Of a DNA stretch of 40,275 nucleotides, positions 9,657-20,300 are shown in pieces (within the stretch, counting starts at the first letter, position 1; every line of letters begins with the position of its first letter). Made by a program: the position numbers and the translations under genes. Source of the stretch: a virus; the IMG/VR virus record IMGVR_UViG_3300015242_000001; one strand, 5' to 3'. A model generated the notes under the pieces. It was not told the origin of the DNA, did not search any database, and worked only from the letters and a program-made list of their open reading frames with translations.

Positions 9657-10658
9657 TTATATTATATTTTTTGATTTTAATAGATTAATAAGTTCTTGCT
9701 TCCCATAGTTTTTCACAAGATCACTGGGATCTTTAGTTTTGGTTTCTTGATAGTATTTATTGGGTACGTTGACCCATTTGAAACCGTATTGGTTATAAAA
9801 TTTACAACTCCTTTTACCTGTATCATCACAGTCAAAAAAGAAATAAACCTCACCACAGTTATTTTGAAGGAATTCTATATTAGATTGATTTACAGCTACT
9901 TCGGATTCATTTTGACAAAGAACAATATTCGGAAATACGGATTTTAAACAGAGGTAATCTTTATGGGATTTAGTTACAATGACTGTATCCTTACCTTTTA
10001 CTTCTCCCAATCCATACATTCTGTCATTGGGGGTATTATTCCATATCCATTTCTTTTTCTTTTCAACTAAAGGACGGTATACTTTCCAATGTGGGTTGTA
10101 GAAATATCCAAACTTTAAACTGCTCTCCCAATCAGTAACAACTACCTTATTAATGATTAATTCCTTTATTCCATATACATCGTTATCATTTAGCATTTCC
10201 TCGGATACCTCATATTGTTCCCAATACAGTAGTTCTTCTTTGGTAAACTTTCTTACTTTTATTTGAATTAAATCAGGCTTTTTATATTTTAGTTTATCTG
10301 GCTTCTTATAATCTGAAATTAATAACTGATAGTTCTTTTTATCATTACTATAAATACCCAAACCAAAATCCTGATCTATTTTAACAATAGCTGCATTATA
10401 AGATAGTCCATATAACTGTTGTACCAAATTAACACAGTTACCGGCCTTAGTTGCATCGGCGTAATCTTTATGATACAGGAAGCCATCAACAGTGGCCCTA
10501 ACTCTGAAGGAGGGATGCTTGTCTACATGGAAAGGGGAAGAGACGTTCTTATGAGTATTAAAATCTACCCCTAAATAATACCTGTAAATATCATATTGCT
10601 CTATCTTCTCAAGAATACTCTCAAATCTAATTGGCTTCTTAGGTGAACCTTTGATCAT
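9657..10658 (-). CDS. DnaG-type DNA primase (degenerate CHC2 domain + TOPRIM)
   Basis: SSPFHVDKHPSF...HKDYA zinc-domain remnant; VTKSHKD, FFDCDDTG and KDPSD TOPRIM motifs as recalled for crAss-like primases. Confidence 0.82.
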   Translation of the reverse strand: MIKGSPKKPIRFESILEKIEQYDIYRYYLGVDFNTHKNVSSPFHVDKHPSFRVRATVDGFLYHKDYADATKAGNCVNLVQQLYGLSYNAAIVKIDQDFGLGIYSNDKKNYQLLISDYKKPDKLKYKKPDLIQIKVRKFTKEELLYWEQYEVSEEMLNDNDVYGIKELIINKVVVTDWESSLKFGYFYNPHWKVYRPLVEKKKKWIWNNTPNDRMYGLGEVKGKDTVIVTKSHKDYLCLKSVFPNIVLCQNESEVAVNQSNIEFLQNNCGEVYFFFDCDDTGKRSCKFYNQYGFKWVNVPNKYYQETKTKDPSDLVKNYGKQELINLLKSKNII

Positions 10659-10667
10659 TATAAAAAC

Positions 10668-11162
10668 TTAGCAAACTAAACTACCTGTCTTTACATTCCA
10701 TTTTAATCCATGACATGGACATTCTACAGTATCATTTATTACTTGACAGCTTTTTAAATTTGCCTTTTTATGAGGACAAATCATATCATGCATTTTTACA
10801 TCTTTATACATCTCAACTAATTCATCAAAAGAGTGTTCTGGTAATTTATCAAAATGCCTTAGATAGGGTAAGTCTAAATATCTCACTTTTAAAAAAGATC
10901 CCCATGCACTTTCAGTGTGAGGACTATATAAATGATGCATGATTTCTCTTTCATGTTCAACAATATAATGAGTAGGTATAAATCTCCAATCTAAATGATA
11001 GTGCATTTCTTGTAAATACAATTCTTTATCATGATGAAATTCACCGAATACAGGAGTCCATCCTTTATACCCATCAATATGGAAATCTCTTCTACTTTGC
11101 ACACATTTCACTAAATACTTCTCACCAACAATTGGATGTTGAACATTTTCAATTTTCTCCAT
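10668..11162 (-). CDS. Rieske [2Fe-2S] domain protein
   Basis: CPH-x16-CPCH (CPHKKANL...VECPCHGLKWNVKTG); extra His-rich N-terminal part. Confidence 0.8.
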   Translation of the reverse strand: MEKIENVQHPIVGEKYLVKCVQSRRDFHIDGYKGWTPVFGEFHHDKELYLQEMHYHLDWRFIPTHYIVEHEREIMHHLYSPHTESAWGSFLKVRYLDLPYLRHFDKLPEHSFDELVEMYKDVKMHDMICPHKKANLKSCQVINDTVECPCHGLKWNVKTGSLVC

Positions 11163-11181
11163 TTTTATTTATTTAAAGGAT

Positions 11182-11211
11182 AAAAAATTACCGCCATAAA
11201 AATAGCGGTAA
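11182..11211 (-). terminator. intrinsic terminator after ssb
   Basis: TTACCGCTAT-TTTT-ATGGCGGTAA followed by TTTTTT. Confidence 0.75.
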
Positions 11212-11236
11212 GATTATACACATAAGTCATGAAAAA

Positions 11237-12112
11237 CTAAAAAGGTAAATCTTCCTCAGTATCCCCTGAAGGATTATAAGTAGGTTCAACTTCTTTCTTA
11301 ATGGGTTGGTCAGTAGTCAAGAAGTTCTCATGGGGGTTATATTCTTCAAGCGGAGTCAATTTGAAGAAATCCTTACAACCAAATGTCTCATTGGTTACGT
11401 TCTTAATAAAGTATTCTACATAAGAAGGTTTCCTACTATCAGCTACTTTGAAGAAGTCAAGCGTTTTACCGGAGTTGGTTTCATAAGGAAGAAATGCGAA
11501 TGGATAAATATTTTGATATTCTACAGTATCCCCTTCTTTGTTTTTTCCAGTATTAATTGTAAATAATATGATTACTTTTTGACCTACAAAATTCTTAACC
11601 GTTTCATCTAACTCTCTAAAGTTACCACGTAGCAGTTTTGTAAGGTTAAAATCCAATTCTGCATCATTTTCCCTTGAATCTAAACAGAGCCATCTCCCCA
11701 TGAATTCATAAAAATTATCTTCCCCTATTTTAGCAGCTCTGTAGGGTCTTTTTGCAAAACTCGATTTTAATTCATTTTCAGTTTTCGCCCAGGCAGTAAA
11801 ACCAATATTGTTTATATATTGATACTGTCCCTTCTTACTTATTGGGCGTTCTTTATCTGTAATACTGAGCTTTAAATTATTGAAAATCCTACCAGTGGAA
11901 TTCTCTTTCAACCAGAATACAAAATTCACCTTGTCATTACCATTCTTATCTACATCTGTATATGAAGGATCTTCTTCTGGTTTCTTGCCAATTAACTCTT
12001 CGATCTTCTCAGAAGATGGATTGATTGCAACTACTTCTACTGCTGCAACACCAACATATTTCTTAAAACCCCCTTCTGTATTTTGAATCGTACTATTCCC
12101 TTTAATCGCCAT
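11237..12112 (-). CDS. single-stranded DNA-binding protein (crAss-like type)
   Basis: YVGVAAVEVVAINP N-terminus, acidic tail ending EEDLPF, location between primase and ERF. Confidence 0.7.
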   Translation of the reverse strand: MAIKGNSTIQNTEGGFKKYVGVAAVEVVAINPSSEKIEELIGKKPEEDPSYTDVDKNGNDKVNFVFWLKENSTGRIFNNLKLSITDKERPISKKGQYQYINNIGFTAWAKTENELKSSFAKRPYRAAKIGEDNFYEFMGRWLCLDSRENDAELDFNLTKLLRGNFRELDETVKNFVGQKVIILFTINTGKNKEGDTVEYQNIYPFAFLPYETNSGKTLDFFKVADSRKPSYVEYFIKNVTNETFGCKDFFKLTPLEEYNPHENFLTTDQPIKKEVEPTYNPSGDTEEDLPF

Positions 12113-12135
12113 GTAATTATTTGATTTATATTGTT

Positions 12136-12771
12136 TTAAATATCTGCTTCTGTAGCAATTGCTTCTTGAACAGCTTTTGCTATTCTATACTTAGCAATCA
12201 AGCTATCCAGGTTTCCTTCCTTCTTTGCAATCTCTACTGCTTCCTTGAATTCTGGTAACACGTCTGAACTACCTAATTTCGTCTTATTCAAATAAGGTCT
12301 TGTGTCTTCATCTTGCTTACCTTTACCACTTCCAGCATTTCCGTCGTCATCTACTACGGCCAAGTTTAATACAGCCAAAATAGCATATCTCCTAGCATAA
12401 GTAAGGGCAGAACCAAAAGATTGAGGAGTGGTATGTGGTTCTGATGCCCTCCATTCGACTTTCCCTGTCTTATCTTTCTCTTTCAAGTATTCAGGGATTG
12501 CACAGGTATTAAACTTAGTTTGAATAAACTCCCCACTTGTATGACTTAATATGACAATTAATTCATTTTTACCATAAGGCAAAGAAACAAGCGATAATTG
12601 ACTCTCAATCAATGCAGGGTCTATAGCATCCAATACATCTGATAGATCAGCGTATTTGGCATGGAAAAATGGATTTTCCTTTGTTTTTTTAATATCGCTA
12701 ACTTTTTTCTTGAACTCAACCAAGGAAGTGGCAATATTTTTTATACTTTCCGATCTCTTAAAATCTTCCAT
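12136..12771 (-). CDS. erf: ERF-family ssDNA annealing protein
   Basis: KENPFFHAKYADL and PQSFGSALTYARRYA...DDDG ERF signature. Confidence 0.9.
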   Translation of the reverse strand: MEDFKRSESIKNIATSLVEFKKKVSDIKKTKENPFFHAKYADLSDVLDAIDPALIESQLSLVSLPYGKNELIVILSHTSGEFIQTKFNTCAIPEYLKEKDKTGKVEWRASEPHTTPQSFGSALTYARRYAILAVLNLAVVDDDGNAGSGKGKQDEDTRPYLNKTKLGSSDVLPEFKEAVEIAKKEGNLDSLIAKYRIAKAVQEAIATEADI

Positions 12772-12787
12772 TGTCTAATAATTTCAT

Positions 12788-12818
12788 CAAAGATAATAAT
12801 ATTTATTAGTTTTGCAAA
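12788..12818 (-). promoter_or_regulatory. Bacteroidota-type promoter (TTTG-N19-TAtcTTTG) upstream of erf
   Basis: Perfect -33/-7 consensus; spacer CAAAACTAATAAATATTAT. Confidence 0.75.
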
Positions 12819-12892
12819 ATAATTTTATAATTTGTCAATTAATTGTCTAGGAATATCAAACCAGATTGACATAAATACATATTTCATATAAA

Positions 12893-13393
12893 TTAGTTTT
12901 CGTATTCTACTATTGTTACTTTACAGTCTGTTAATATACCATAGATCATCACTAGAACCTGAGTCCAGTTGCCTCCTGCTAATCCACACCCAATCCGAGG
13001 AAGGCCGATATGCTTTCCTTTGAACACATGGTTCATTTTAAGAAGACACAGCTCTAAAGCGGCATAGTCTAAAGGAATGTCAAATCTACTTGGTTCTACC
13101 CAATGATATTGAGTATACATATTGACAACGATCAATTCACCATGTTCAACATACAATGTTTCTGTGGCTACCCCATTTTTCAGATGAAACCCTACGTAAT
13201 CTATGCCTCCTAACTTATTGATATCTCCTACTCTGTTTTTATGCTCTAGCTCGAAACTATCACATCCAAAAGCCTTTACCATTTGAGGAGCTATACCACG
13301 CTTCATTTTGCAAAAACAATTACAGCCATGTCCTATTACATCAAATCTCCCTTCTAGTGCTAGGGATATTAGATTCCCTTTAATTATTTCCAT
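12893..13393 (-). CDS. macrodomain ADP-ribose-processing protein (DarG/Poa1p/T4 Tk.4-like)
   Basis: IIKGNL, HGCNCxxxMxxGIA, VNMYTQ and LPRIGCGLAGGNW motifs. Confidence 0.88.
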   Translation of the reverse strand: MEIIKGNLISLALEGRFDVIGHGCNCFCKMKRGIAPQMVKAFGCDSFELEHKNRVGDINKLGGIDYVGFHLKNGVATETLYVEHGELIVVNMYTQYHWVEPSRFDIPLDYAALELCLLKMNHVFKGKHIGLPRIGCGLAGGNWTQVLVMIYGILTDCKVTIVEYEN

Positions 13394-14043
13394 TAGTGAA
13401 AGTGTTTACAATGTGGACAAATAATTTTAGCTACTAAATCTGGTTTAGTTTCCTTAATGAAATCAATAGGTAAATGATCAATAGAAACCAAATTCCATGT
13501 TTCGCTTCCGTGTCCTCCAGGTTGCCAATAAAGTTTTACCTCATTCTCATTAAATTCATCTCCATCCTTTATCCACGTAGCTTCAGAACTAATTTCCGCA
13601 AGGATTTTAAATGAATGTTCTTTAGGTAACCGTATAACATAGAAGAAGTCCATTATTTCTCCAGTTGCCCTACCATATATACCAAAATTGCCCTTCCCAT
13701 AAACTCTCCTCTCGATTTTAGTTGGCATTTTTACATTCCAATAATTTGGTGTCTTAATTAATTGATCCTCAGCTCCATCTCCAGTAACAATACCCCATTG
13801 AGAGCTAAGACTACCATCATCGAACTTCCACATGGCTCTGATCTCATCACCTACTTGTATATCTCTACTACAGAGAACCCGTTTTACTTTAGTATACCTA
13901 TCCGTATTGACTATTTTTAAATCCTCTTTTCCAGCCACTCCTACAAATCTTGAATTGTCGTATATACACAAATAGACATCGCCTTCTTTTATCTCTCCTT
14001 CTACAGGAAGATATTTAGCAAAATACTTTTTCATATCAAACAA
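13393..14043 (-). CDS. hypothetical protein with C-terminal CPHC
   Basis: ORF of 216 aa; EGEIKEGD motif. Confidence 0.6.
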   Translation of the reverse strand: MFDMKKYFAKYLPVEGEIKEGDVYLCIYDNSRFVGVAGKEDLKIVNTDRYTKVKRVLCSRDIQVGDEIRAMWKFDDGSLSSQWGIVTGDGAEDQLIKTPNYWNVKMPTKIERRVYGKGNFGIYGRATGEIMDFFYVIRLPKEHSFKILAEISSEATWIKDGDEFNENEVKLYWQPGGHGSETWNLVSIDHLPIDFIKETKPDLVAKIICPHCKHFH

Positions 14044-14719
14044 ATTTAGGGATAAAGTTTCCTTGCGTGCATCCTAGTACAGGAGACATTAAATCACCTT
14101 TTTGATCCACAGAAATGTAATTAGAAATTCTATTATACCATGTGTTCTTATACATAGCTTCGATTTTTTCAGGATCGATTAATAAATGATAACCTCCTCT
14201 TGTTTCAATAATTTTAACTGCGTCTATATTTATTTTATCTGCTAATTCATAATATAAATCATCATTAGGTAATTTTTCATCCCAATCAAATATGACATAC
14301 CTAGTCTTACCCTTTGTTTTTTGGATTTCACTCATTACCTCTTGATGCGGATTCATCGTTTTATTATTTAACTGGAGACATTTAGCTAAGTGAACCAACG
14401 AATTGAAGGAGGCTTTCCAAAGATCCCTGGGGTTGATATTAATATAAAGAGCAAGTGCCTCTTGTGGAATACAAGTTTCTTTCTGCTTATAATACCCCAT
14501 TTCACATTCCAGTTGCTTGATCTTATCAAACATATTCTTCTTTTTGGATGTGAAACGCTTTAGTTGCTGTTTGTCAGATTTTATATGAACTAACCCATCC
14601 TTACAGTATTTACTCCTAGCAAATAAGCATAAATAATATTGTTCATATTCTTCTAATTCAGGAAGCCATTCAATAAAGTCCTTTAATATTGCTTCATCTT
14701 TAACAATTTCATAATTCAT
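14036..14719 (-). CDS. putative archaeo-eukaryotic primase (AEP) superfamily protein
   Basis: hhhDhD (VIFDWD) followed by ETRGGYH, the AEP motif I/II pattern. Confidence 0.5.
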   Translation of the reverse strand: MNYEIVKDEAILKDFIEWLPELEEYEQYYLCLFARSKYCKDGLVHIKSDKQQLKRFTSKKKNMFDKIKQLECEMGYYKQKETCIPQEALALYININPRDLWKASFNSLVHLAKCLQLNNKTMNPHQEVMSEIQKTKGKTRYVIFDWDEKLPNDDLYYELADKINIDAVKIIETRGGYHLLIDPEKIEAMYKNTWYNRISNYISVDQKGDLMSPVLGCTQGNFIPKFV

Positions 14720-15056
14720 ATGATATCTTTATAAATTATATCAGCAATCTCTTGTAATTTTTCCCTGATTAATTCTTCCCGTTGCTCCAAATGACTCATT
14801 ACAAATAAATCTTCATTTATATATCCCTTGAAGTTAAATTCTCCACCGAACCATAATTTATTTTCAGGTGCATCCCTTACAGAGAATACATAAGTACGAT
14901 ATGGGGGATTGTCCTCATGCTTTATTATTACTTCCATTCTCATTTAATTTGAATAATTGATTATAAGATCCTTTAACTCTCCTATACCCTAAGAAGTAAT
15001 CACTGACTGATTCTAGACGTACTGATATTGGAGGTTTTGGTGGGAGTTTCTTAGGT

Positions 15057-15293
15057 TTACTTTTCTTCATGATGAACATTGAATTTTTCAAGTCTTTTAA
15101 GAGAGTCACATGGTATGCATGTAAAACTATTTACATCAGAATATCCTCTTTCAGCAAAACATAAACCTGTTCTCAAGTCTTGAAAATATCGAATTTCTTT
15201 TTTCCAAGCCTGACTATTACCCTGTATATATTTAGGAGAGTTGTCTTCATTACATGCAGTAATCAATATCAGTAGTAATAATAAATATCTCAT
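15057..15293 (-). CDS. small lipoprotein
   Basis: MRYLLLLLILITAC signal peptide II with lipobox. Confidence 0.65.
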   Translation of the reverse strand: MRYLLLLLILITACNEDNSPKYIQGNSQAWKKEIRYFQDLRTGLCFAERGYSDVNSFTCIPCDSLKRLEKFNVHHEEK

Positions 15294-15457
15294 TGTTTAG
15301 TTTTAAAGGTTCCAGGAACAAACTCATCACATAATTTGACAAGTTCATCACATAATCGTTTTTGTTGATCTTCAGTAAGGTTGGCTTGTTTGAGCGCTTT
15401 TAACGCAGCACCTATAAAAACAGCATCGACATTAAATGGCATATTATAAAGTTTTAC

Positions 15458-16087
15458 TTAATTTTTGTTTGGTTTCTTCTTTGTTCTGCAAAGTCCCCAA
15501 GGACTATCGGGAATTACTAACTTCAAGTGCTTCCATGTCCTTCCTGCTTTTATTTCAGTAATTAAAGTAATTGGTATTCCTAATTTTTTTGCAGTTTGCG
15601 CATAATTTAATCCTGAGTTTATGAAACTTGGTATTTGGGTAATGATAGATTCAGAATATTTATTTAAATGGCATTTCTCACCCTGCATGTTTATAAAACT
15701 ATTAACTCGAAGGCCTATTTTAAAAGCATGTCTAGTATTTTCTAAATTTGTAATCCATTCCAGATTCAGATAGTAATTATTATTTCTATTCCCGTCAATA
15801 TGATTTACTTGAGGTAGTATATCTGGATTGGGGACAAACGCTTTCGCCACAAGTCTATGCACAGATTCATGTATACTTTTATCATCTAAATATTTAATTA
15901 AAATTCTCCAATATTTTTTGGTATTACAATTATTGGGTTTTAATAACCTTTCTTTTGTTAAATACGATATTTTATTAATGTTATGAACTCTCCAAAAAGG
16001 AATTCTTTTTACTCTTGCATAGGTTGACACGGCATAGGTACTGTTAGGAATATTACTCCAAACTTCATTTTCTAGGTTTATGATCAT
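15458..16087 (-). CDS. free-standing NUMOD4-HNH homing endonuclease
   Basis: EVWSNIP..YAVS NUMOD4; VHRLVAKAF, VNHIDGNRNNN and LEWIT..EN HNH motifs; C-terminal HTH. Confidence 0.9.
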   Translation of the reverse strand: MIINLENEVWSNIPNSTYAVSTYARVKRIPFWRVHNINKISYLTKERLLKPNNCNTKKYWRILIKYLDDKSIHESVHRLVAKAFVPNPDILPQVNHIDGNRNNNYYLNLEWITNLENTRHAFKIGLRVNSFINMQGEKCHLNKYSESIITQIPSFINSGLNYAQTAKKLGIPITLITEIKAGRTWKHLKLVIPDSPWGLCRTKKKPNKN

Positions 16088-17344
16088 TTAATTCATGTGC
16101 TTTGATATTTCGCTTATTTTGTCTTGATTGGTCATTTTAAAAGTATATAAGGGAACTCCTGAAATAGTACCTCTTTCCGTTACAATCTTATCTCTAAATC
16201 CGTCTTCTTCTTTTTCAATTCTAATCGTCTCAATTCTACCCAGGCGTTCCATATTGTTTGTAGTATCAATGATCTTTGCTTTTTTGTTTGGATTATTGGG
16301 GTCAATCCTAATTGCTCTCGCACACATTTGATACCATAGACCTAGAGACATTGTAGGTCGAGCCATTGTAACTGTATCCAACCATGGCATATCAACCCCA
16401 GTAGTCCACATTCCTACCGCACAAACGTGTTTAGTAATACCAGTAGTAAAGTTTTTTGTAATGGTTTCTTTCTCTTTATCGGTCATTTCAGATGTGATAA
16501 GTTCAGAAGTATATCCAAGACTACATAGCTTTTCGGATACCCTTTTGGCATGAAGTCTTGAGCTACAAAATATAAGATTTCGTTTGATTATAGTATCATG
16601 CTCAACAATAGCACTAATAACCTTCTCTACATTTTCAGCAGACATCATATAATTTTCTAATGCCGTTTCATCAAAATCTGCTCCGGTTGTATTCTCTTTT
16701 ATTTTAGAAATATCAATATTTGTATCCTTGTGACTAATATATTCTATAGGACACAACCAACCTTCTTTGAATAATTGATCAATTTGAATATTGTAGCAGA
16801 ATTTTTTGAAGAAAAAGGGATGGATTCTGTTTAGAACCTGAAGCATCGATGTGTAATACATATCCTCTCCGTCTTTATAGTATTTCTGAACCATCCTATA
16901 TGGAGATGCAGTTAACCCCAATACTTTAGGATTACCTATCGCTCTGAAAAATGAATTATACATTGCGTCCTTATTCTTTGCGTTGTAAAGATGTGCTTCA
17001 TCAATTAATACATAATTGAAATGTTTGAAAAGCTCAGGTTTAGTGTAAATAGATCCTATTGTGGCGTAAGTGAATTTATCTATTTCTTTTTTCTTAACTG
17101 AAGCAGAATACATTGCAACATCATTCACTCCATAGGACAATAACTTTTCGTAATTTTGTTTTAGTATTTCTTTAGACGGCTGTAGTATTAAAGTTGGCTC
17201 ATTTAACTCTTGTGCTAACATACTAATTATTAATGACTTACCTGATCCACAAGGCGCAACAATTACATCGTTTGATTTACCTCTCAATGCCCTCAAACCC
17301 TTCTCCACGGCTTGATTTTGATACCATCTTGGAATATAACCCAT
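16088..17344 (-). CDS. SF2 DExH helicase (UvsW/YejH-like)
   Basis: PRWYQ, APCGSGKS, IDEAH, GLTASP, TTGVDMP and QMCARAIR motifs. Confidence 0.9.
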   Translation of the reverse strand: MGYIPRWYQNQAVEKGLRALRGKSNDVIVAPCGSGKSLIISMLAQELNEPTLILQPSKEILKQNYEKLLSYGVNDVAMYSASVKKKEIDKFTYATIGSIYTKPELFKHFNYVLIDEAHLYNAKNKDAMYNSFFRAIGNPKVLGLTASPYRMVQKYYKDGEDMYYTSMLQVLNRIHPFFFKKFCYNIQIDQLFKEGWLCPIEYISHKDTNIDISKIKENTTGADFDETALENYMMSAENVEKVISAIVEHDTIIKRNLIFCSSRLHAKRVSEKLCSLGYTSELITSEMTDKEKETITKNFTTGITKHVCAVGMWTTGVDMPWLDTVTMARPTMSLGLWYQMCARAIRIDPNNPNKKAKIIDTTNNMERLGRIETIRIEKEEDGFRDKIVTERGTISGVPLYTFKMTNQDKISEISKHMN

Positions 17345-20300
17345 TGTGAATATTTATGTGTTTAACTTGGTTTATATTTAATACATTAGTCCCCGTTCTG
17401 TAGTCTTCTGACTCCAGGTAAATATTCCCTTTATTGTACCAACAAAATTTCACCCAATTATCCTGGAACTCATATCCGTGTGAAGTGTATCTGAGGCTAA
17501 CATACTGTCCTTTCTTTACTTTCAATTCTTTAAACTTCTTCTGAATCATCTAAGTCTTCTTTATTTTCATTATAAACACAATCATCTGCCATTATGTAAA
17601 CGTAATTTGGGAATGCTTCATCATTGGTAATGTCTATGCATTTTCCATCTGGATCAATACTATCAATCTCATAATCATACTGTATTCCATCATCTCCACA
17701 TCTAGTTACAGTATCTCCCACATCCATTCCTTGACAATAAGCACACCACCCACATTTATTCTCACATTTATTTTTCAGAAATTCTAAATAATTTGAATCT
17801 TTCATATTTCAACTTTTTGAATAATCAAAATTCCAACAAACTGTCAAAAACAAATACATCAATAAATCTGTTTTAGCACTCCACGCATCAATGTCATTCC
17901 AATGACCTTCTACTGTTTCATAATGTATTTTATTATTCTCAAACTTATAAGCAAGGGAATAATACTGAGGGATTTCATCATACAACCCTTGGAACGAAAC
18001 TTCTATTCTTTCATTGTTACAATCAATATTCCAAGTAAGGGAGGATTCAAAACTATTGAAAATTCCTCCTAAAAATTCTTCTAATCTCTCTTTCATAATT
18101 TATTATTTTATCCTTCCCAATCAGTTGTAGGGTAGCTTGATGAATATTTTAAAACATGCCACACCTTTGCAATATCTTTTATAGATACACTAAACGATTT
18201 TAAAAATCCTTTAAATTTACCCTCATCATCATATTGCTTTTTTGTCATCCATAAATCAGCCATACCGTGAAATTCTACAATAACAGTAGGTATCCAATCT
18301 CCTTTCTTTGGGTTGTATTTATCAGACATATATCTACTCATTTCAGTTCGTTTTTAACTTGTTCAATGGCTTGTAGAATGGTTTCTTCGGGATAATCATC
18401 ACTAAAGGTTCCAAGGATTTCCTGTTTTATACTTTCATCGGATTCATTATCATCAAAATCACGATATGCTTGATAATATGCCCTTACTTCCCGGTAGCAC
18501 ATGAGCGCGGTTAATTCACTGACCGTGTATTCAACACCCTCAATATCTGCTTGACCGTTCATGTATCCGGATTGAGATATTGATATGTTATTGTTAATTA
18601 TTTTAAGTATCTTATCCTTCATTGTCTTTGTTTAATTGGTTAAAGAAAATTTGGCTCAATTCTTTAGTCTGTTGATGGACATATTCATTCATTGCAACCT
18701 CTAATGTGTCTATCCAAGATTCATATTGAGAGTGTGACCAAATTGATTGAAAATGATGTTTTATGATTTCTCTGGCTGTTAATTTATCCTTCATTGTTCA
18801 GATATTTTTCGGTGAGTTGGTAAATATGTGGATACATTGATTTATATTCAATAATCCCATTTACTAATAAAAAATTTAATGTTTTAATGTTTATACTTTT
18901 GAAACATATTGGATCAACTTTCCAAGAAATATGGGTGCTATATAATGTCCATCCCTCCCTCATCTTATCCACGATTTCTTGTTGTGCTTTAGATAGTTTC
19001 ATCTTTATTAATATTAATTTTATTTAAGAGAACAGACATTGCAAAGTCTTTGCCCATAGGTGTAAAAGAATCTTCATCTTCGGGCCTTAAAGAATTATGA
19101 TGTACATTGTATCCGAATGACTTCATAACATTAATATCTTGAAACTCTACTCCAATAAATGCAGGTAACTTCCCATGACCACAACAACATCCGGTAGTCG
19201 TTATACCCAATTGCCACAAGATCATTACCTCTTCCGCTATACACCTATCCAAGCAATAACCGTTTTCTTTGGGCATATGAGCAGGAGAATGAACGAATGT
19301 TTGGTTGTCATAACTCCCTACTTCAATGTTTATACAAGTACATTTAAACATCTTCACTGTCCTCCTGTCCGCTGTCAGGGATTAAACCGTTAGCTGATAG
19401 ATACCCTGGTATGACATATTTATTATCCCCGTCTTCATAATCTTCACCATCGATCGGTAAAAGCTCACTTAATGCGTCTGTTACAGCTTCGGTCATCTGC
19501 TTTACTGTATCATGAGCAAGTGGAATAAGTAAGATATTCATTATCTCTTGTTTATTCTCTGGCTGCTCTGGTTCAACTACATCGAGTTGTTTTCTAATTT
19601 TATTGTACATACCTTCAGCTATGGCCTGCACTCGTTCGTTGTATGATTGGTTCATTATTAATAAATATTTGTATTAGTACAATCATGATAATATATTATA
19701 TGGACCTTTTTGAATCCACATTTCTTGAAATATGCCCATTGCCCATAGGGTAATTTCCATCCATATGAATACTTCACATGATGTATTCTATGAATTCCCG
19801 TAATTTTTTGTAGCAAACGATACATTTTTATTGGTTTCAATTTTAAATAGTTTTTATCTCAGATGTAGTAGTAGGATTCCTTAACATATGTGTCATATAC
19901 AACAACTTCTTTTCAGTATCAATAGTGAGGATAGTATAAATCATGCGATGAGTATTATATATTACCATTTCTGTTTCACTTATTGATAACTTTTTTACTG
20001 CTTTATCGTTATTGATATTATGCTGTACCAGATTAATAAACTCCTGGTTGGAAGTAAATACAGTAGTCATACATATCAATTTATTATTCTGGTATGTACA
20101 TACCAACCCTACTAAATTGTTTATGGGTTTAAATAGGTATTTAACATTCACAACCCCACGTCTCCCATTCACCACGGATCTAGCTAGTACTGGATTATTC
20201 TTCTTTACTATTGAGTCCATTCTATTAGAAGTCCACATAAATACACTTGCGTCCTGTGCAAATGATAAGTAACTAGATATGATAAGTGTTATTAATAATA

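Noticed and set aside
15458-16087. Intron associated with the HNH endonuclease
   Set aside because: The flanking helicase is complete and there is no non-coding space for an intron; it appears free-standing
18965-18973. Near DnaA box TTATCCACG
   Set aside because: Single mismatched copy inside a coding region; expected by chance
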